Shown here piece after piece: positions 9,349-19,236 of a DNA stretch of 44,831 bases (positions are counted from its first letter, which is position 1; the number at the start of each line of letters is the position of its first letter). The position numbers and the translations under genes are program-made. The stretch is from Fimbriimonadaceae bacterium. GTDB taxonomy: Bacteria > Armatimonadota > Fimbriimonadia > Fimbriimonadales > Fimbriimonadaceae. Under the pieces are notes generated by a model. It searched no databases. It saw only the letters and a program-made list of their open reading frames with translations, and was not told the DNA's origin. The stretch is from assembly GCA_020849075.1 (NCBI GenBank), contig JADLGZ010000018.1, forward strand, positions 1 through 44,831. The letters are read 5' to 3'.

Positions 9349-10134
9349 TCAGACCCTATCGTAACGTCCTCGTTCGGTCTTTCCGCGGTACAGCACTTTC
9401 CCGCTCTTGGACACCATTGCTTCAAAGGATTTGGCGTCGGACTTGTCGGGAGCCTTGCCATCAATAGTCTTCACCGAGAGGGTTGCAACCCCGTTCTTTA
9501 CGGTCCAAGATCCGATAATCTTACGCCCCGTAATCAGGGCATTGTCATCCCAAACAAAAGTGCCGTCTGGTTTCAACGTGAGGATATTGTCAATCGGGAA
9601 TACCTTCTTCCCGCGCTTCTTCTGTAGAGCTTCAACCTTAAGATACTTGCCCCGTAGCTTGGGGTCAATGAAGCGCTTCCACGTACCGGCAAAGTTTGTC
9701 GCCACTGCGCCCTTGTTAGCATCAGCTGGGATTGCTGGCTTAGGGCGGGCTTGCGGAGAAGGAGTGCCTTGGGAGCTTGTAGGATTTAGCCTCTGCTCCG
9801 AAACTTTGGATGCTTCTATAGTAGGCTTGGCCTGCGTAGCCTTGGCCTTTTCGGCTTCTATCACGCGACGTTTTTCTGCCTCGGGGTCCTTCGCTGCGGT
9901 TTCTTTGGCTTGAGTGCCTTTGGTGTCCGGCTTTTCTTGCTTCGACTCGGACAAAGTGGTCTTGGCCGTCTCCGCGCCACGCTTCACGTCGGCTGGGGCA
10001 GTAGTCGTTGGGTTGCTCGACGCAACTGACGTCCCATCAGCCTTTGAAGTTGTTGCCTCCTCCTTCGGCTGGCATCCAGCTAGGACCAGCGCTCCGAGGA
10101 GGGCTGAAAACATAAACCACGTTCCTTTTCTCAT
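9349..10134 (-). CDS. Lipoprotein with a low-complexity Thr/Lys/Ala/Pro-rich linker and a small C-terminal globular domain
   Basis: Start set at MRKGTWFMFSALLGALVLAGC, which has an LAGC lipobox. No recognisable catalytic motif. Confidence 0.55.
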   Translation of the reverse strand: MRKGTWFMFSALLGALVLAGCQPKEEATTSKADGTSVASSNPTTTAPADVKRGAETAKTTLSESKQEKPDTKGTQAKETAAKDPEAEKRRVIEAEKAKATQAKPTIEASKVSEQRLNPTSSQGTPSPQARPKPAIPADANKGAVATNFAGTWKRFIDPKLRGKYLKVEALQKKRGKKVFPIDNILTLKPDGTFVWDDNALITGRKIIGSWTVKNGVATLSVKTIDGKAPDKSDAKSFEAMVSKSGKVLYRGKTERGRYDRV

Positions 10135-10215
10135 TGTCTTTCCCGTATCAGTATAGGATATTTTGGCGCAATCTCCAGGTTCAACCAACCTCTCAGACCC
10201 AGTTTGAGTTCCCGA

Positions 10216-11610
10216 CTACCACCGACTTTCCACCGTAAAGGTGACCGTTTTAACTTCGTTTGCCTTTAGCGGCACTTCAAATTGGAAGGTATTCGAATCC
10301 AACTGCTTATAGGTCATGCTCGGATTTGTAACCTTGTAGTCGCCCCAAAATCGCTCAATGCAAGTAACCGAGTCCGGGGTCTCTTTACGATTGCGCAACT
10401 CGATCACGAAAGTCTCATTGGCACCTCGAATGGTCTTTCCATCCCGAACGTACTCAAACTTCGTTCGCTTTCTCTCTCCCAACACGTCAAACGCCCTTCC
10501 CACAACAAGGCTGATCATCTCGTCCTTGGGCGTGTGGGCGATCGCGTCTTCGCCAAGGAGTTGGAGCGAGCCCGACTTATCGCGCTGGAATACCTTGACC
10601 GTGCCCTGGGGCAGGGGCATGCCCATGCGACTCGCTTGGTCATTTTTGAACTCAATCCGAATCTGGGGCTTCATTGCACCCGTCCCAACCTCACCTTCCT
10701 GAGGTCGCCAGCCTCCATAAGATCGCATCGGATCGAGGATCAATTTCTTACGAACGGGAACGCTAAAAGCCTCTAGCAGAGAGACCTGCTTCGCCTCATT
10801 GTTCTTCACCGTAGCCGGACGTTGAAGGGTGTACAGATGATAGTCGGCAAACTGCTCTTCGGCAAAACTTTCCTTGGCCGCCGCCATCGGGGCCGCATCA
10901 TAGCCACCTCGTGACCGAGCCATTTGGTTGGGCTGGACCCGCTGAACATCGCCCGCCAAGAGTTTCAACGTGGCATTCGCGAAATTAGCCCCACTCTGAT
11001 TGTCAAGCCGAACCCAACCCTTAAAATCACCCGTGGCACCATCCTTTTCAAGCGCCATGACGTAGTCGCAAGTCCAACCGATTCCTTGGGTTAGGTAGCT
11101 CAACTCAATCGTGTTGCTTCCGGCTTTACTGGACTCAAGGTCCCAAACGAGCGTCGGCTTACTGATCAACCCTTCAGGCATGCTATCTACAGTGATCTCG
11201 CCACTCGGATTAAGCAAAATCCTGCCGTCATCGGCCTGAACCACCATGCCATTAGCTGGTGAGCTCAGCAAGGTGCCACGGATGGTCTCCCGGTCACCGT
11301 TGGGAAGAACACGGTGGAGGGTGATCTTATGGCCAACCGCCTTGTTCAAGATTGCGGTAACACCAATCAGATCGTATTGGTAGTTTTGCTCCAGAATCGT
11401 GAATGATCCGGGTGCGCTCAAGCTCTTGATCGCGACGCTGTTTGGTTCGATCCTTTCGGCCACATCTTCGACATTGACCAGTTGCCGGCCCGAACGAAGG
11501 TCCATCGTTCGGGTTTCCTTGACGAGGGCAAACCCTTGGTTGTATACCGTTAACTCAGTAGCAGTGGGACCAGCAGTAACGATAGCGGCGAGAGCAGCAG
11601 CATGAATCAT
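10216..11610 (-). CDS. DUF4139-like conserved hypothetical protein
   Basis: The N-terminal pattern ...ELTVYNQGFALVKETR...LRSGRQLVNVEDVAERIEPNSVAIKSL and an all-beta ~460 aa body match my memory of the DUF4139 family. Cleavable-looking hydrophobic N-terminus. Confidence 0.5.
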   Translation of the reverse strand: MIHAAALAAIVTAGPTATELTVYNQGFALVKETRTMDLRSGRQLVNVEDVAERIEPNSVAIKSLSAPGSFTILEQNYQYDLIGVTAILNKAVGHKITLHRVLPNGDRETIRGTLLSSPANGMVVQADDGRILLNPSGEITVDSMPEGLISKPTLVWDLESSKAGSNTIELSYLTQGIGWTCDYVMALEKDGATGDFKGWVRLDNQSGANFANATLKLLAGDVQRVQPNQMARSRGGYDAAPMAAAKESFAEEQFADYHLYTLQRPATVKNNEAKQVSLLEAFSVPVRKKLILDPMRSYGGWRPQEGEVGTGAMKPQIRIEFKNDQASRMGMPLPQGTVKVFQRDKSGSLQLLGEDAIAHTPKDEMISLVVGRAFDVLGERKRTKFEYVRDGKTIRGANETFVIELRNRKETPDSVTCIERFWGDYKVTNPSMTYKQLDSNTFQFEVPLKANEVKTVTFTVESRW

Positions 11611-11645
11611 TGTGTTAATAACCTTTCCGCTGATTGGGACGGCTC

Positions 11646-12320
11646 TTAACTATGTGTCGTTACACTTCTCGCCCGTTCAATGATTTTCGCGGCGACTTCT
11701 TGGGGGGTTAATCCATAGGTCTCAATGACCATGGCCTCGGGCACGCGAATAAGGGGTGAGTCAGACCGATTCATATCCCGAGCATCGCGCTCCGCTATCT
11801 GCTTCATGAGTTCTCCAACGCTGACCTCGTGCTCCGTCGCAACCAAGTCTTTTCGACGCCTTTCTGCCCTTTCTTCGATACTCGCCGTCAAATACACCTT
11901 GACTTCGGCATCGGGAGCAACAACACTCGTCGTATCCCTGCCCTCAAGCACATACCCACCCTCTAAGATAATTTGGCGCTGGCGCGATGCAAGCACACGC
12001 CGAATCGCCGGCTTCGCGCTGAGAGAACTGGCTAGGCTCGAAAGCTCAGGAGTTCGAATGGCCTTCGTTACGTCTTCCCCGTCGAGGAGGACACCATCCT
12101 CAATGAACTTGATCTTGCTCCGTTCGGCCAGCGCGGCAACCTCTTCGCTTTCAGATTCCTTGAGGCCCGCCCGCTTTGCCAGCAACGCCACACAGCGATA
12201 CATCGCGCCGGTATCCAAGTAGCGTAGTCGGAGTGCCGAAGCTACCAGCTTTGCAACCGTACTCTTCCCCGCCCCTGCGGGCCCATCAATAGCGACAACA
12301 ATCGGCTTAGTATTCAACAA
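11646..12320 (-). CDS. cmk: Cytidylate kinase
   Basis: Motifs VVAIDGPAGAGKSTVAK (P-loop), LDTGAMYR and GRD. Start placed at TTG 12320 (GGAG 4 nt upstream), overlapping the aroA stop by 14 nt. The ATG at 12377 would add about 19 non-conserved residues. Confidence 0.85.
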   Translation of the reverse strand: MLNTKPIVVAIDGPAGAGKSTVAKLVASALRLRYLDTGAMYRCVALLAKRAGLKESESEEVAALAERSKIKFIEDGVLLDGEDVTKAIRTPELSSLASSLSAKPAIRRVLASRQRQIILEGGYVLEGRDTTSVVAPDAEVKVYLTASIEERAERRRKDLVATEHEVSVGELMKQIAERDARDMNRSDSPLIRVPEAMVIETYGLTPQEVAAKIIERARSVTTHS

Positions 12321-13563
12321 GTTTCTCCAAATGTTTGACGAACTCTGGGTAGCTAGTGGCGATACAATCCACATCATTTACAACCGAATCCTGTTCGGCA
12401 ACGAGCCCGGCGATCACCTGGCTCATGGCAATTCGATGATCGCCCTGTGAATCTAGCACCGCCCCTCGAAGCGGAGTTGGGCCCTCAATGATCATGCCGT
12501 CATCAGTTGCCGTGATGCACGCCCCCATCTTGGTCAGAAAGGCAACGGTGGCGGCAATTCGGTCACTCTCCTTCACCCTAAGTTCTGCGGCATCCTTGAA
12601 AAAACTCGTTCCTTGCAGTTGGGTGGCCAAGACGGCAAGGATTGGGATTTCGTCAATGAGGAGGGGTACGAGTTCGCCTTCAATCGTGAATGGTTTAGGT
12701 TTTGCGGGTTGCTGAATCACCAAGTCACCAATTGGCTCTCCAAGAGCTTCACGCTCATTTTCAAGTGAAACGTGAACAACTTGTAGCAAGCCGGATCGGG
12801 TGGGATTGGTGCCCAACCCTTGCACAATCAGTTCGGAGTCGCTCAAGAGCGTTGCCGCAACAATCCAAAAGGCGGCACTGCTGAAATCGCCCGGGATATC
12901 TATCTCGAATCCTGGGAGCGGACCAGGTTCAACCTCCGTCCATCCCCCAGCCGAGCGGATCCCAACACCAAGGGAGCGCAGTAGCCGCTCCGTGTGGTCT
13001 CGGCTCTGGCATGGCTCCCGAACAACGGTGGTCCGATCGGCGCGAAGGCCGGCAATCAGTAGGGCTGATTTCACCTGCGCACTTGCGACCGTAAGGTCAT
13101 GCTCAATGCCTCGAAGGTTGCGCCCGATTAGTGTAAGCGGAGCGGTGTCTCCAGATATCTCGGCTCCCATCTGGCGAAGGGGCTCGGTAACACGGCGCAT
13201 TGGGCGCTGGCTAAGGGACTCGTCACCCATGAGCGTTGCCTGAACACCGTGGTGGCTTGCCACGGCGCCAGCCAAGAGGCGCATGGCCGTCCCGCTGTTG
13301 CCGCAATCCAATGAGACATCCGGACTCTGTATTGGGCGCGGCGAAAGCCGTAGGCCGGGTCCATCAACATCGGCCCGCAAACCGAGATTCCGGAGGCACT
13401 GAAGCATGGCTCGGCAATCTTCGGCCCACAGGGGATTCCGAATGAATGACTCAGATTCAGCCAACGAGCCGAGCAACAATGCTCTATGCGTGATGGACTT
13501 ATCGGGCGAAGCATGAATTTCTCCCGCAATGCGCTTGGCGGGGCGGATGCGCAGAGAACTCAC
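12307..13563 (-). CDS. aroA: 3-phosphoshikimate 1-carboxyvinyltransferase (EPSP synthase)
   Basis: Motifs LRIRPAKRIAGEIHASPDKSITHRALLLGSLA, LDCGNSGTAMRLL and KESDRI. Start placed at the second GTG of AAGGAAGTGGTG (13563). The listed ORF runs to 13812, but that extension overlaps the divergent gene and is not AroA-like. Confidence 0.85.
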   Translation of the reverse strand: MSSLRIRPAKRIAGEIHASPDKSITHRALLLGSLAESESFIRNPLWAEDCRAMLQCLRNLGLRADVDGPGLRLSPRPIQSPDVSLDCGNSGTAMRLLAGAVASHHGVQATLMGDESLSQRPMRRVTEPLRQMGAEISGDTAPLTLIGRNLRGIEHDLTVASAQVKSALLIAGLRADRTTVVREPCQSRDHTERLLRSLGVGIRSAGGWTEVEPGPLPGFEIDIPGDFSSAAFWIVAATLLSDSELIVQGLGTNPTRSGLLQVVHVSLENEREALGEPIGDLVIQQPAKPKPFTIEGELVPLLIDEIPILAVLATQLQGTSFFKDAAELRVKESDRIAATVAFLTKMGACITATDDGMIIEGPTPLRGAVLDSQGDHRIAMSQVIAGLVAEQDSVVNDVDCIATSYPEFVKHLEKLVEY

Positions 13564-13618
13564 CACTTCCTTGTACCCGATGCGCCACCACACGAGAGAA
13601 TCGCGTATTCTGGAACAC

Positions 13619-14482
13619 ATGCTTGCCGCCACCCTTTCCGCGGCCATTGCCATGGCGCAACCTAACCTTGACCAGATATGCCCAAGCGCCTTTGTGGCAG
13701 CAAAGACCAGCCTTCCGGCGGAGAAGCTTGACATAGGGGATATCTCCATCACTGTCATGCAGAGGGAAGGACAGAAGTGGCAAGTCGGCGGCTTTGAGCA
13801 AGACACGCCCATGTACCCAGCAAGCGTGGTGAAGCTCTTCTGGCTTGCGTTCGCTCATCACTCGGTCAAGAAGTGGTCGGATGAAGACCTGAGAGCGGCG
13901 CGAGAGATGATTGTAGATAGTAACAATGATGCAACGGGGCACATCGTGAATCTTTCAACCGGTGCCCTTCCGGGCCCGGAACTTCAGGGGAAGGAGTTTG
14001 ATAAGTGGTCGTTTCAACGACATGCCGCCAACCGGTGGTTTAAGTCCCTTGGCTACGAGAAGATCAACGTCTTAAACCGAACGTACAACGAGGGACCCTT
14101 CGGTCGAGAAGCGCAGATCATCAAGACCTCTGGACGAAATAGCCTCACCACCCGAGCCACCGCTCTCCTCATGAGCCGATTTGCCGATGATCAGGTTGAA
14201 CCCCAGCGATCTATTAAGTCGATGCGGCAGTTCCTGAAAAGGGACATTAACTCTGCCGATGAGCAGGTTAAGGGTTACCTTGGCGGCATAATGCCCGCCG
14301 GAACCCAACATTGGTCGAAGGCAGGCTGGACGAGCGAAGTCAAGCACGATGTCAGCCACGACATCATGCCAGACGGTCGGCAATTTGTGTTTTGCATTTT
14401 CACGAAACGACCGGACAGCGAGGTCCTTATCCACGTTATCGGACGAGAACTGTTGAAGGGACTCGGCTATCCAACCAGATAG
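13619..14482 (+). CDS. Secreted serine hydrolase, class A beta-lactamase-like
   Basis: Start set at MLAATLSAAIAMAQP (signal peptide). S-x-x-K motif in PASVVKLFW. About 290 aa, compatible with beta-lactamase class A-related proteins. Confidence 0.55.
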   Translation: MLAATLSAAIAMAQPNLDQICPSAFVAAKTSLPAEKLDIGDISITVMQREGQKWQVGGFEQDTPMYPASVVKLFWLAFAHHSVKKWSDEDLRAAREMIVDSNNDATGHIVNLSTGALPGPELQGKEFDKWSFQRHAANRWFKSLGYEKINVLNRTYNEGPFGREAQIIKTSGRNSLTTRATALLMSRFADDQVEPQRSIKSMRQFLKRDINSADEQVKGYLGGIMPAGTQHWSKAGWTSEVKHDVSHDIMPDGRQFVFCIFTKRPDSEVLIHVIGRELLKGLGYPTR

Positions 14483-14495
14483 CGTGCTGGGTAGC

Positions 14496-15515
14496 CTAAA
14501 AGTTGTCTTTGGGTACCACCAGCTTCCCGGCCTCAATCTCTTTGCGGGCACTCTCTACCTTTTGCATCGCTTCTGGCGTAACTTTGCCCGCAAGGGCTGG
14601 GTTCATGATGAAATCAATCGCCCCTTCCTTCATTCCGAAGAGTTGGATTCCCCCCTTATGCTTTCCTGCTTTCACCTCTTCTGCAAGGGCAATGAACGCG
14701 GGCTTGGCGACGATCGTTGCCGAAGCCAAGACCGCGCCACTTGAGTTACTGTTCTGGTCCAAGTTTGCGCCGATTGCATATACGCCCTTTTCCTTAGCGG
14801 CATCGAATACTCCTTGCGCGGCTGCATTTGCCTGATGGATGAGCACATCGGCCCCCTGATCAATGGCCGAGAGAGCCGCTTGCTTTGCCGCCTGAATGTC
14901 GGTGTTCATGGCCAAACTCATTCTGATGATTTGAATGTCTGGCTTCACAGACTTCGCGCCGGCTTCGTAAGCCTTAAAGGTACTCACAATCGATGGGATC
15001 GTATCAATTCCTACGGTCGCGATTTTGCCGGTCTTGGTCATTTCCGCCGCCAAAATTCCCGCAAGGTAGAACCCTTGCTCAAGGTAGAACCGAAACGCTC
15101 CCGCATTTCGGGTGAACTTGCCACCACTTGAACTCACAAAGACCGTGTCGGGAAAATCCTTTGATAGCTCGATCGCGGGCTCGTTGTACTCAAACCCATG
15201 GCCAATGATCAGTTGGTAACCGTCTTGGGCAAAGCTGCGCATCGAGTCCTTGATCTTTGCGCCACCCGCAACTTCGTTGGCAATCTTGGCCCCTGTGGCC
15301 GTCTGGATGCCCTTCAGCCCTTCGTAGGCCATCGCGCTCCACCCCGCATCGCTGACTGGACCAGGGGTAATCAAAGCGACCTTAAAGTCCCCAGTTATGG
15401 GCTTCATCGGTTCCGAAATGGCATCCTTTGACGATGCTCGCGTCGAAGGCTCCATTGGCGATGACGAACAACCAACTATTGCGGCAAGAAGGAGAGGAAT
15501 CCAAGCAAATCTCAT
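14496..15515 (-). CDS. BMP-family (Med/PnrA-like) ABC transporter substrate-binding lipoprotein
   Basis: Lipobox in MRFAWIPLLLAAIVGCSSS. Also VALITPGPVSDAGWS, GHGFEY and VGIDTIPS..., typical of basic membrane lipoprotein nucleoside-binding proteins. Confidence 0.8.
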   Translation of the reverse strand: MRFAWIPLLLAAIVGCSSSPMEPSTRASSKDAISEPMKPITGDFKVALITPGPVSDAGWSAMAYEGLKGIQTATGAKIANEVAGGAKIKDSMRSFAQDGYQLIIGHGFEYNEPAIELSKDFPDTVFVSSSGGKFTRNAGAFRFYLEQGFYLAGILAAEMTKTGKIATVGIDTIPSIVSTFKAYEAGAKSVKPDIQIIRMSLAMNTDIQAAKQAALSAIDQGADVLIHQANAAAQGVFDAAKEKGVYAIGANLDQNSNSSGAVLASATIVAKPAFIALAEEVKAGKHKGGIQLFGMKEGAIDFIMNPALAGKVTPEAMQKVESARKEIEAGKLVVPKDNF

Positions 15516-15546
15516 GGCTTAAGCCATGATGCTACCCCGGCCTTGA

Positions 15547-15756
15547 TTACATTTCAGGAAAGGCGATCTCTTCCTCGTCGTTCATAAACCCTGGAAGGAG
15601 CGCGTCCGGCACTGAATAACCTTGGACAATAAAATCATCCTGATTGACGGTGTAGGTCCCAGACTCAAACATATCCGCGCTGAGCGAAATGAATGTCAGC
15701 CCAAATGCTGGCGTTGCCATGATGGCAAGGGTTGCTAATGCGACTATTCTGCCCAT
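15547..15756 (-). CDS. Small acidic secreted hypothetical protein (69 aa)
   Basis: ATG start with a signal-peptide-like MGRIVALATLAIMATPAFG. No recognisable domain; coding status uncertain. Confidence 0.3.
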   Translation of the reverse strand: MGRIVALATLAIMATPAFGLTFISLSADMFESGTYTVNQDDFIVQGYSVPDALLPGFMNDEEEIAFPEM

Positions 15757-15852
15757 TCCTTGAATCTCCTACAACCTTAAGGGACGATCTTAAGATTGCT
15801 AGGGAGCAAGGATTGTTCCAAGAACAGATCCATATCGATGATTTGGGCGAAA

Positions 15853-16341
15853 TTACCTAATAGTGGGTACTCGCTTGTAGCACTCATCCGCTTCGCCAGG
15901 GACCTTCTCTAAGAGCATTTCCTTGGTGTAAATGAAGTCCTTACGTTCGTAATTGGCGAGCTCAAAGTTCTGCCGGAGAACGATCGCTCCAGTGGGGCAG
16001 GCTTCTTGGCAGTACCCGCAAAAGATGCACCTAAGCATGTTGATTTCGTATCGCTTTGCGTAGCGCTCACCTGGGCTGTAGCGCTCCTGATCTGTATTCT
16101 CGTCAGCCTCAACGTAGATGCATCGGGCTGGACATGCCCCCGCACAGAGCGAACAACCAATACACTTTTCCAGCCCCGATTCGTAGCGGACAAGATAGTG
16201 GCGCCAACGAGTACGCGGATACTGCTCTCGTCGCTCGTCCGGGTAACTAATCGTGACCTTCTTGTTCTTCAGGCGACGGGCGGTGATGCCAAATCCAGCC
16301 AAGATTGGCTTGGCGACATCACGCATAAGGTCTAGGCTCAT
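15853..16341 (-). CDS. nuoI: NADH-quinone oxidoreductase subunit I (2x[4Fe-4S] ferredoxin-type)
   Basis: Motifs [12 protein letters not shown] and [12 protein letters not shown] in an NuoI-like context (RYPEE-like [15 protein letters not shown]). The ATG follows the nuoB TAA immediately. Confidence 0.85.
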   Translation of the reverse strand: MSLDLMRDVAKPILAGFGITARRLKNKKVTISYPDERREQYPRTRWRHYLVRYESGLEKCIGCSLCAGACPARCIYVEADENTDQERYSPGERYAKRYEINMLRCIFCGYCQEACPTGAIVLRQNFELANYERKDFIYTKEMLLEKVPGEADECYKRVPTIR

Positions 16342-16917
16342 TTAAGCTGAATCCTCCAAGGTGCGTGGCGCGACCTCAATGATACGAAGGTCGCTGAATG
16401 ACGTGGCCTTCTTGCGCTTAATCTTTTCTTGCAACTTCATGACTGCATAAATCAAGGCATCCGGATTGGGTGGGCATCCCGGTACATACACATCAACTGG
16501 CACCACCTGATCTGCCCCTTGAACGATGGCGTAATTGTTGTATACCCCTCCGCTACTTGCGCAGGCACCCATACTGATGACCCATTTGGGTTCTGGCATT
16601 TGATCGTAAATTTGTCGTAGGACAGGAGCCATCTTCTTACTGAGCCGGCCCGCAATAATCATGACATCGGCTTGTCGAGGGGTCGCCCGAAAAGCTTCAC
16701 TCCCGAATCTCGACAGATCAAATCGAGCAGCCACAGTAGACATCATCTCGATGGCGCAGCAGGCGAGGCCAAAGGTGAGGGGCCAAAGCGCATTGGCCCG
16801 CGCTTGGCTCAGTAGCGTCTCGACAGTTGTGACCACCACATTTCCACCCTTCTGGATGTCGCCCAGAATTGGAGTGGAGCTATCGTGGAGAACCACCGTT
16901 TCGATCTTCTTCGGCAT
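16342..16917 (-). CDS. nuoB: NADH-quinone oxidoreductase subunit B
   Basis: Motifs [25 protein letters not shown] and [11 protein letters not shown], the N2 cluster ligand set. Confidence 0.9.
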   Translation of the reverse strand: MPKKIETVVLHDSSTPILGDIQKGGNVVVTTVETLLSQARANALWPLTFGLACCAIEMMSTVAARFDLSRFGSEAFRATPRQADVMIIAGRLSKKMAPVLRQIYDQMPEPKWVISMGACASSGGVYNNYAIVQGADQVVPVDVYVPGCPPNPDALIYAVMKLQEKIKRKKATSFSDLRIIEVAPRTLEDSA

Positions 16918-16934
16918 GAGTGTTGAGTCTACCT

Positions 16935-17738
16935 TCAGTCGGAGAGCATCTGAGAGATGGCCGATTTGTCGCCCGATTCGAGGGCCCTGAGGAGTTCCTG
17001 CAGGCGGCCCTCCAAAGCCAAGATGGCTAGCCGGACTTCGTCACGATTGTGCATGAGAACCTGCGCCCAAAGTTCGGGGCTCGTCCCTGTACGGATCGGC
17101 CAATTTGAATCAGAAATATGGGCGAATGACAGGTCCCGCTCCAAACCACCGAGCATGCCAGCAAGCGTCGCTGGAAGGTGGCTCAGCATCGCGAGGTGGC
17201 GGTCGTGGTCCGAAGCCGTCATATGAACTGGGATTGCATCTAGGGCAAAGACCATCTGTTCAATACGCTTGACGGTCGTGTCGTCCGCATCACCTGGAAT
17301 CAATATCCAATGCTGGTCAGCAAAGCAGTGTGGGTTGGGAACCTCACACCCGTGCTGGTGCCCACCGATAAGTGGGTGCCCACCTACAAATCGAGATCTA
17401 AGGCCATCCGGAATACAAGCGTAGATTGACTCTTTGACACTCGTGGTGTCGGTAATCACGGCCCCAGGTTGTGCCAGTGCAGCAATGCGCTCCAGCCATG
17501 GTCCGACACTATCGGGCGGTACGGCTAGGACCCAAATATCAACCACTTGGGCATCTTGAGCAAGGTCAAGACGTCGGGTTATCGAAGCCTGCTGAAGGGC
17601 ACTTGAATCAATATCTTCGCCTACAATCTGCGTAGCAAACCCAGATTCTAAGAGCCCCTTCGCGATGGACGCGCCAATGAACCCGGTGCCGATAACGGCG
17701 ACCGTCAAGCCCTGTTCGTCCACCAAATCAACGGCCAT
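16935..17738 (-). CDS. tyrA: Prephenate/arogenate dehydrogenase
   Basis: Rossmann motif [17 protein letters not shown], followed by GGHPLIGG and ...[14 protein letters not shown], typical of TyrA. Confidence 0.8.
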   Translation of the reverse strand: MAVDLVDEQGLTVAVIGTGFIGASIAKGLLESGFATQIVGEDIDSSALQQASITRRLDLAQDAQVVDIWVLAVPPDSVGPWLERIAALAQPGAVITDTTSVKESIYACIPDGLRSRFVGGHPLIGGHQHGCEVPNPHCFADQHWILIPGDADDTTVKRIEQMVFALDAIPVHMTASDHDRHLAMLSHLPATLAGMLGGLERDLSFAHISDSNWPIRTGTSPELWAQVLMHNRDEVRLAILALEGRLQELLRALESGDKSAISQMLSD

Positions 17739-17865
17739 CCCTCAAACTACGCAACTTGCGGGGAGGACCGTGTCCAAATCCCCAGCACTGCCTATTTTGA
17801 CCCCATGTCGCCAATGTTCGTACGCCCCTCGCACCACCAAGGCCATAGAGTATGGTTTGCGTTAG

Positions 17866-19236
17866 ATGCTCACCCTCTCGGGAATCACCAAACGGTATGG
17901 AGGATTGCTCGCCCTCGACGGGGTCTCAATCGAATTTGCCCCAGGCGAAATCCATGCCGTCATTGGCGAAAACGGAGCTGGCAAGAGCACGCTAATGAAT
18001 GTCCTTGGAGGATTTATTGCTCCTGACTCCGGTACTGGATCCTTGGGTACTAGCACCCCTTTACCGTTTGGTGATCCGCGCCGCACGCGCCACCTTGGCA
18101 TTGAGATGGTGCACCAGCATTTCGTGCTTGTGCCCGAGTTTTCGGTAGCTGAGAACCTAGCGCTCTCAGCGATAAAGTCGTTATCAGGTGCTCTAGACTT
18201 AGAATCCGCAACATCAAAGCATCGAACCTTGGCGGCAAGGCTCGGCTGGACACTGGACTTCAATGCAAGAACTGGCTCCCTACCCGTCGGCATTCAGCAA
18301 CGAGTAGAACTGCTGAAGTCCCTAGCCGCGGGCGGCACCGTCATTGTCCTAGATGAGCCGACAGCCGTTCTCTCTGACGAAGAAGTTTCGGAGCTTTTCC
18401 GGGTGATGGGCGAACTTAGAGACGAAGGAAGGGCAGTTGTCCTAGTGGCCCACAAACTGCGCGAAGTTCTTGCCGTTGCCGACCGCATAACGGTCCTTCG
18501 AAATGGTCGAATTGTTGGCTCAACCCTCGCTGATGGCACCACGGAGCACGAACTTCAGACTTGGATGACGGGTGAGGCTCTCAGTCCAATTGCTTCTTCA
18601 AGCACGATCGCCGGTGAGATATGCCTTGAAGCGCGTGGCCTGCAAGTTAGCGGCGACCGAGGAGAAGAGGCAATTCGAGGGATTGACCTTGTCGTCCGGC
18701 ATGGCGAGGTCGTAGGCATTGGCGGCGTGGATGGCAATGGTCAGGTGGAGCTTGCGGAAGCAATCGTTGGTATTCGGAGCTCGCGGTCAACTTCCCTTCG
18801 CCGCCCCGAGCAAATCGGCTACATCCCGCAGGACCGGCATGCAGATGCTTTGGCGCTAACGATGTCAATCAAGGAAAACTTTTTGATCGGAAGTACCACA
18901 GGTCCGCTGCTCATGCCGAAAGCCGTAAACAAGGGCGCAAGGAGTCTGATAGATAAATACAACATAAAGGCACAAGACATTAACGCTACTGTTGGCTCCT
19001 TGAGCGGAGGGAATCAACAGAAAGTCGTTGTCAGCCGCGTGATGGAGCGACAACCCTCGCTTCTTGTCGCGGTGAACCCGACTCGTGGATTGGACTTCCA
19101 AGCAACCAAGTTTGTCCATACGGCTATCGGTGAGGCCGCCCAACGCGGGATGGCTGTCTTGTTGATCAGCACCGATCGTGACGAGATTCGTGATTTGGCT
19201 ACTTCAGTGCACAGGCTTGAAGGTGGACGAATTTGA
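17866..19236 (+). CDS. ABC transporter ATP-binding protein with two fused NBDs (sugar/nucleoside-uptake type)
   Basis: First NBD has GENGAGKST (Walker A), LPVGIQQRVELLK (signature) and VIVLDEPT (Walker B). The second, degenerate NBD has GIGGVDGNGQ, LSGGNQQK and LLVAVNPTRGLD. Confidence 0.85.
   Translation: MLTLSGITKRYGGLLALDGVSIEFAPGEIHAVIGENGAGKSTLMNVLGGFIAPDSGTGSLGTSTPLPFGDPRRTRHLGIEMVHQHFVLVPEFSVAENLALSAIKSLSGALDLESATSKHRTLAARLGWTLDFNARTGSLPVGIQQRVELLKSLAAGGTVIVLDEPTAVLSDEEVSELFRVMGELRDEGRAVVLVAHKLREVLAVADRITVLRNGRIVGSTLADGTTEHELQTWMTGEALSPIASSSTIAGEICLEARGLQVSGDRGEEAIRGIDLVVRHGEVVGIGGVDGNGQVELAEAIVGIRSSRSTSLRRPEQIGYIPQDRHADALALTMSIKENFLIGSTTGPLLMPKAVNKGARSLIDKYNIKAQDINATVGSLSGGNQQKVVVSRVMERQPSLLVAVNPTRGLDFQATKFVHTAIGEAAQRGMAVLLISTDRDEIRDLATSVHRLEGGRI

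Noticed and set aside
13564-13812. 83-codon N-terminal extension of the aroA ORF, and the 13529..13618 extension of the divergent hydrolase ORF
   Set aside because: The extensions overlap each other head-to-head and are not family-like. Conserved AroA sequence starts at ..LRIRP.., and a signal peptide starts at ATG 13619. The shared CATG at 13618..13621 is a coincidence of the two frames.
15779-15797. Inverted CTTAAG...CTTAAG motif upstream of nuoI-distal small ORF region
   Set aside because: It has only 6-bp self-complementary arms with a 7-nt spacer, too weak to call a terminator or operator.
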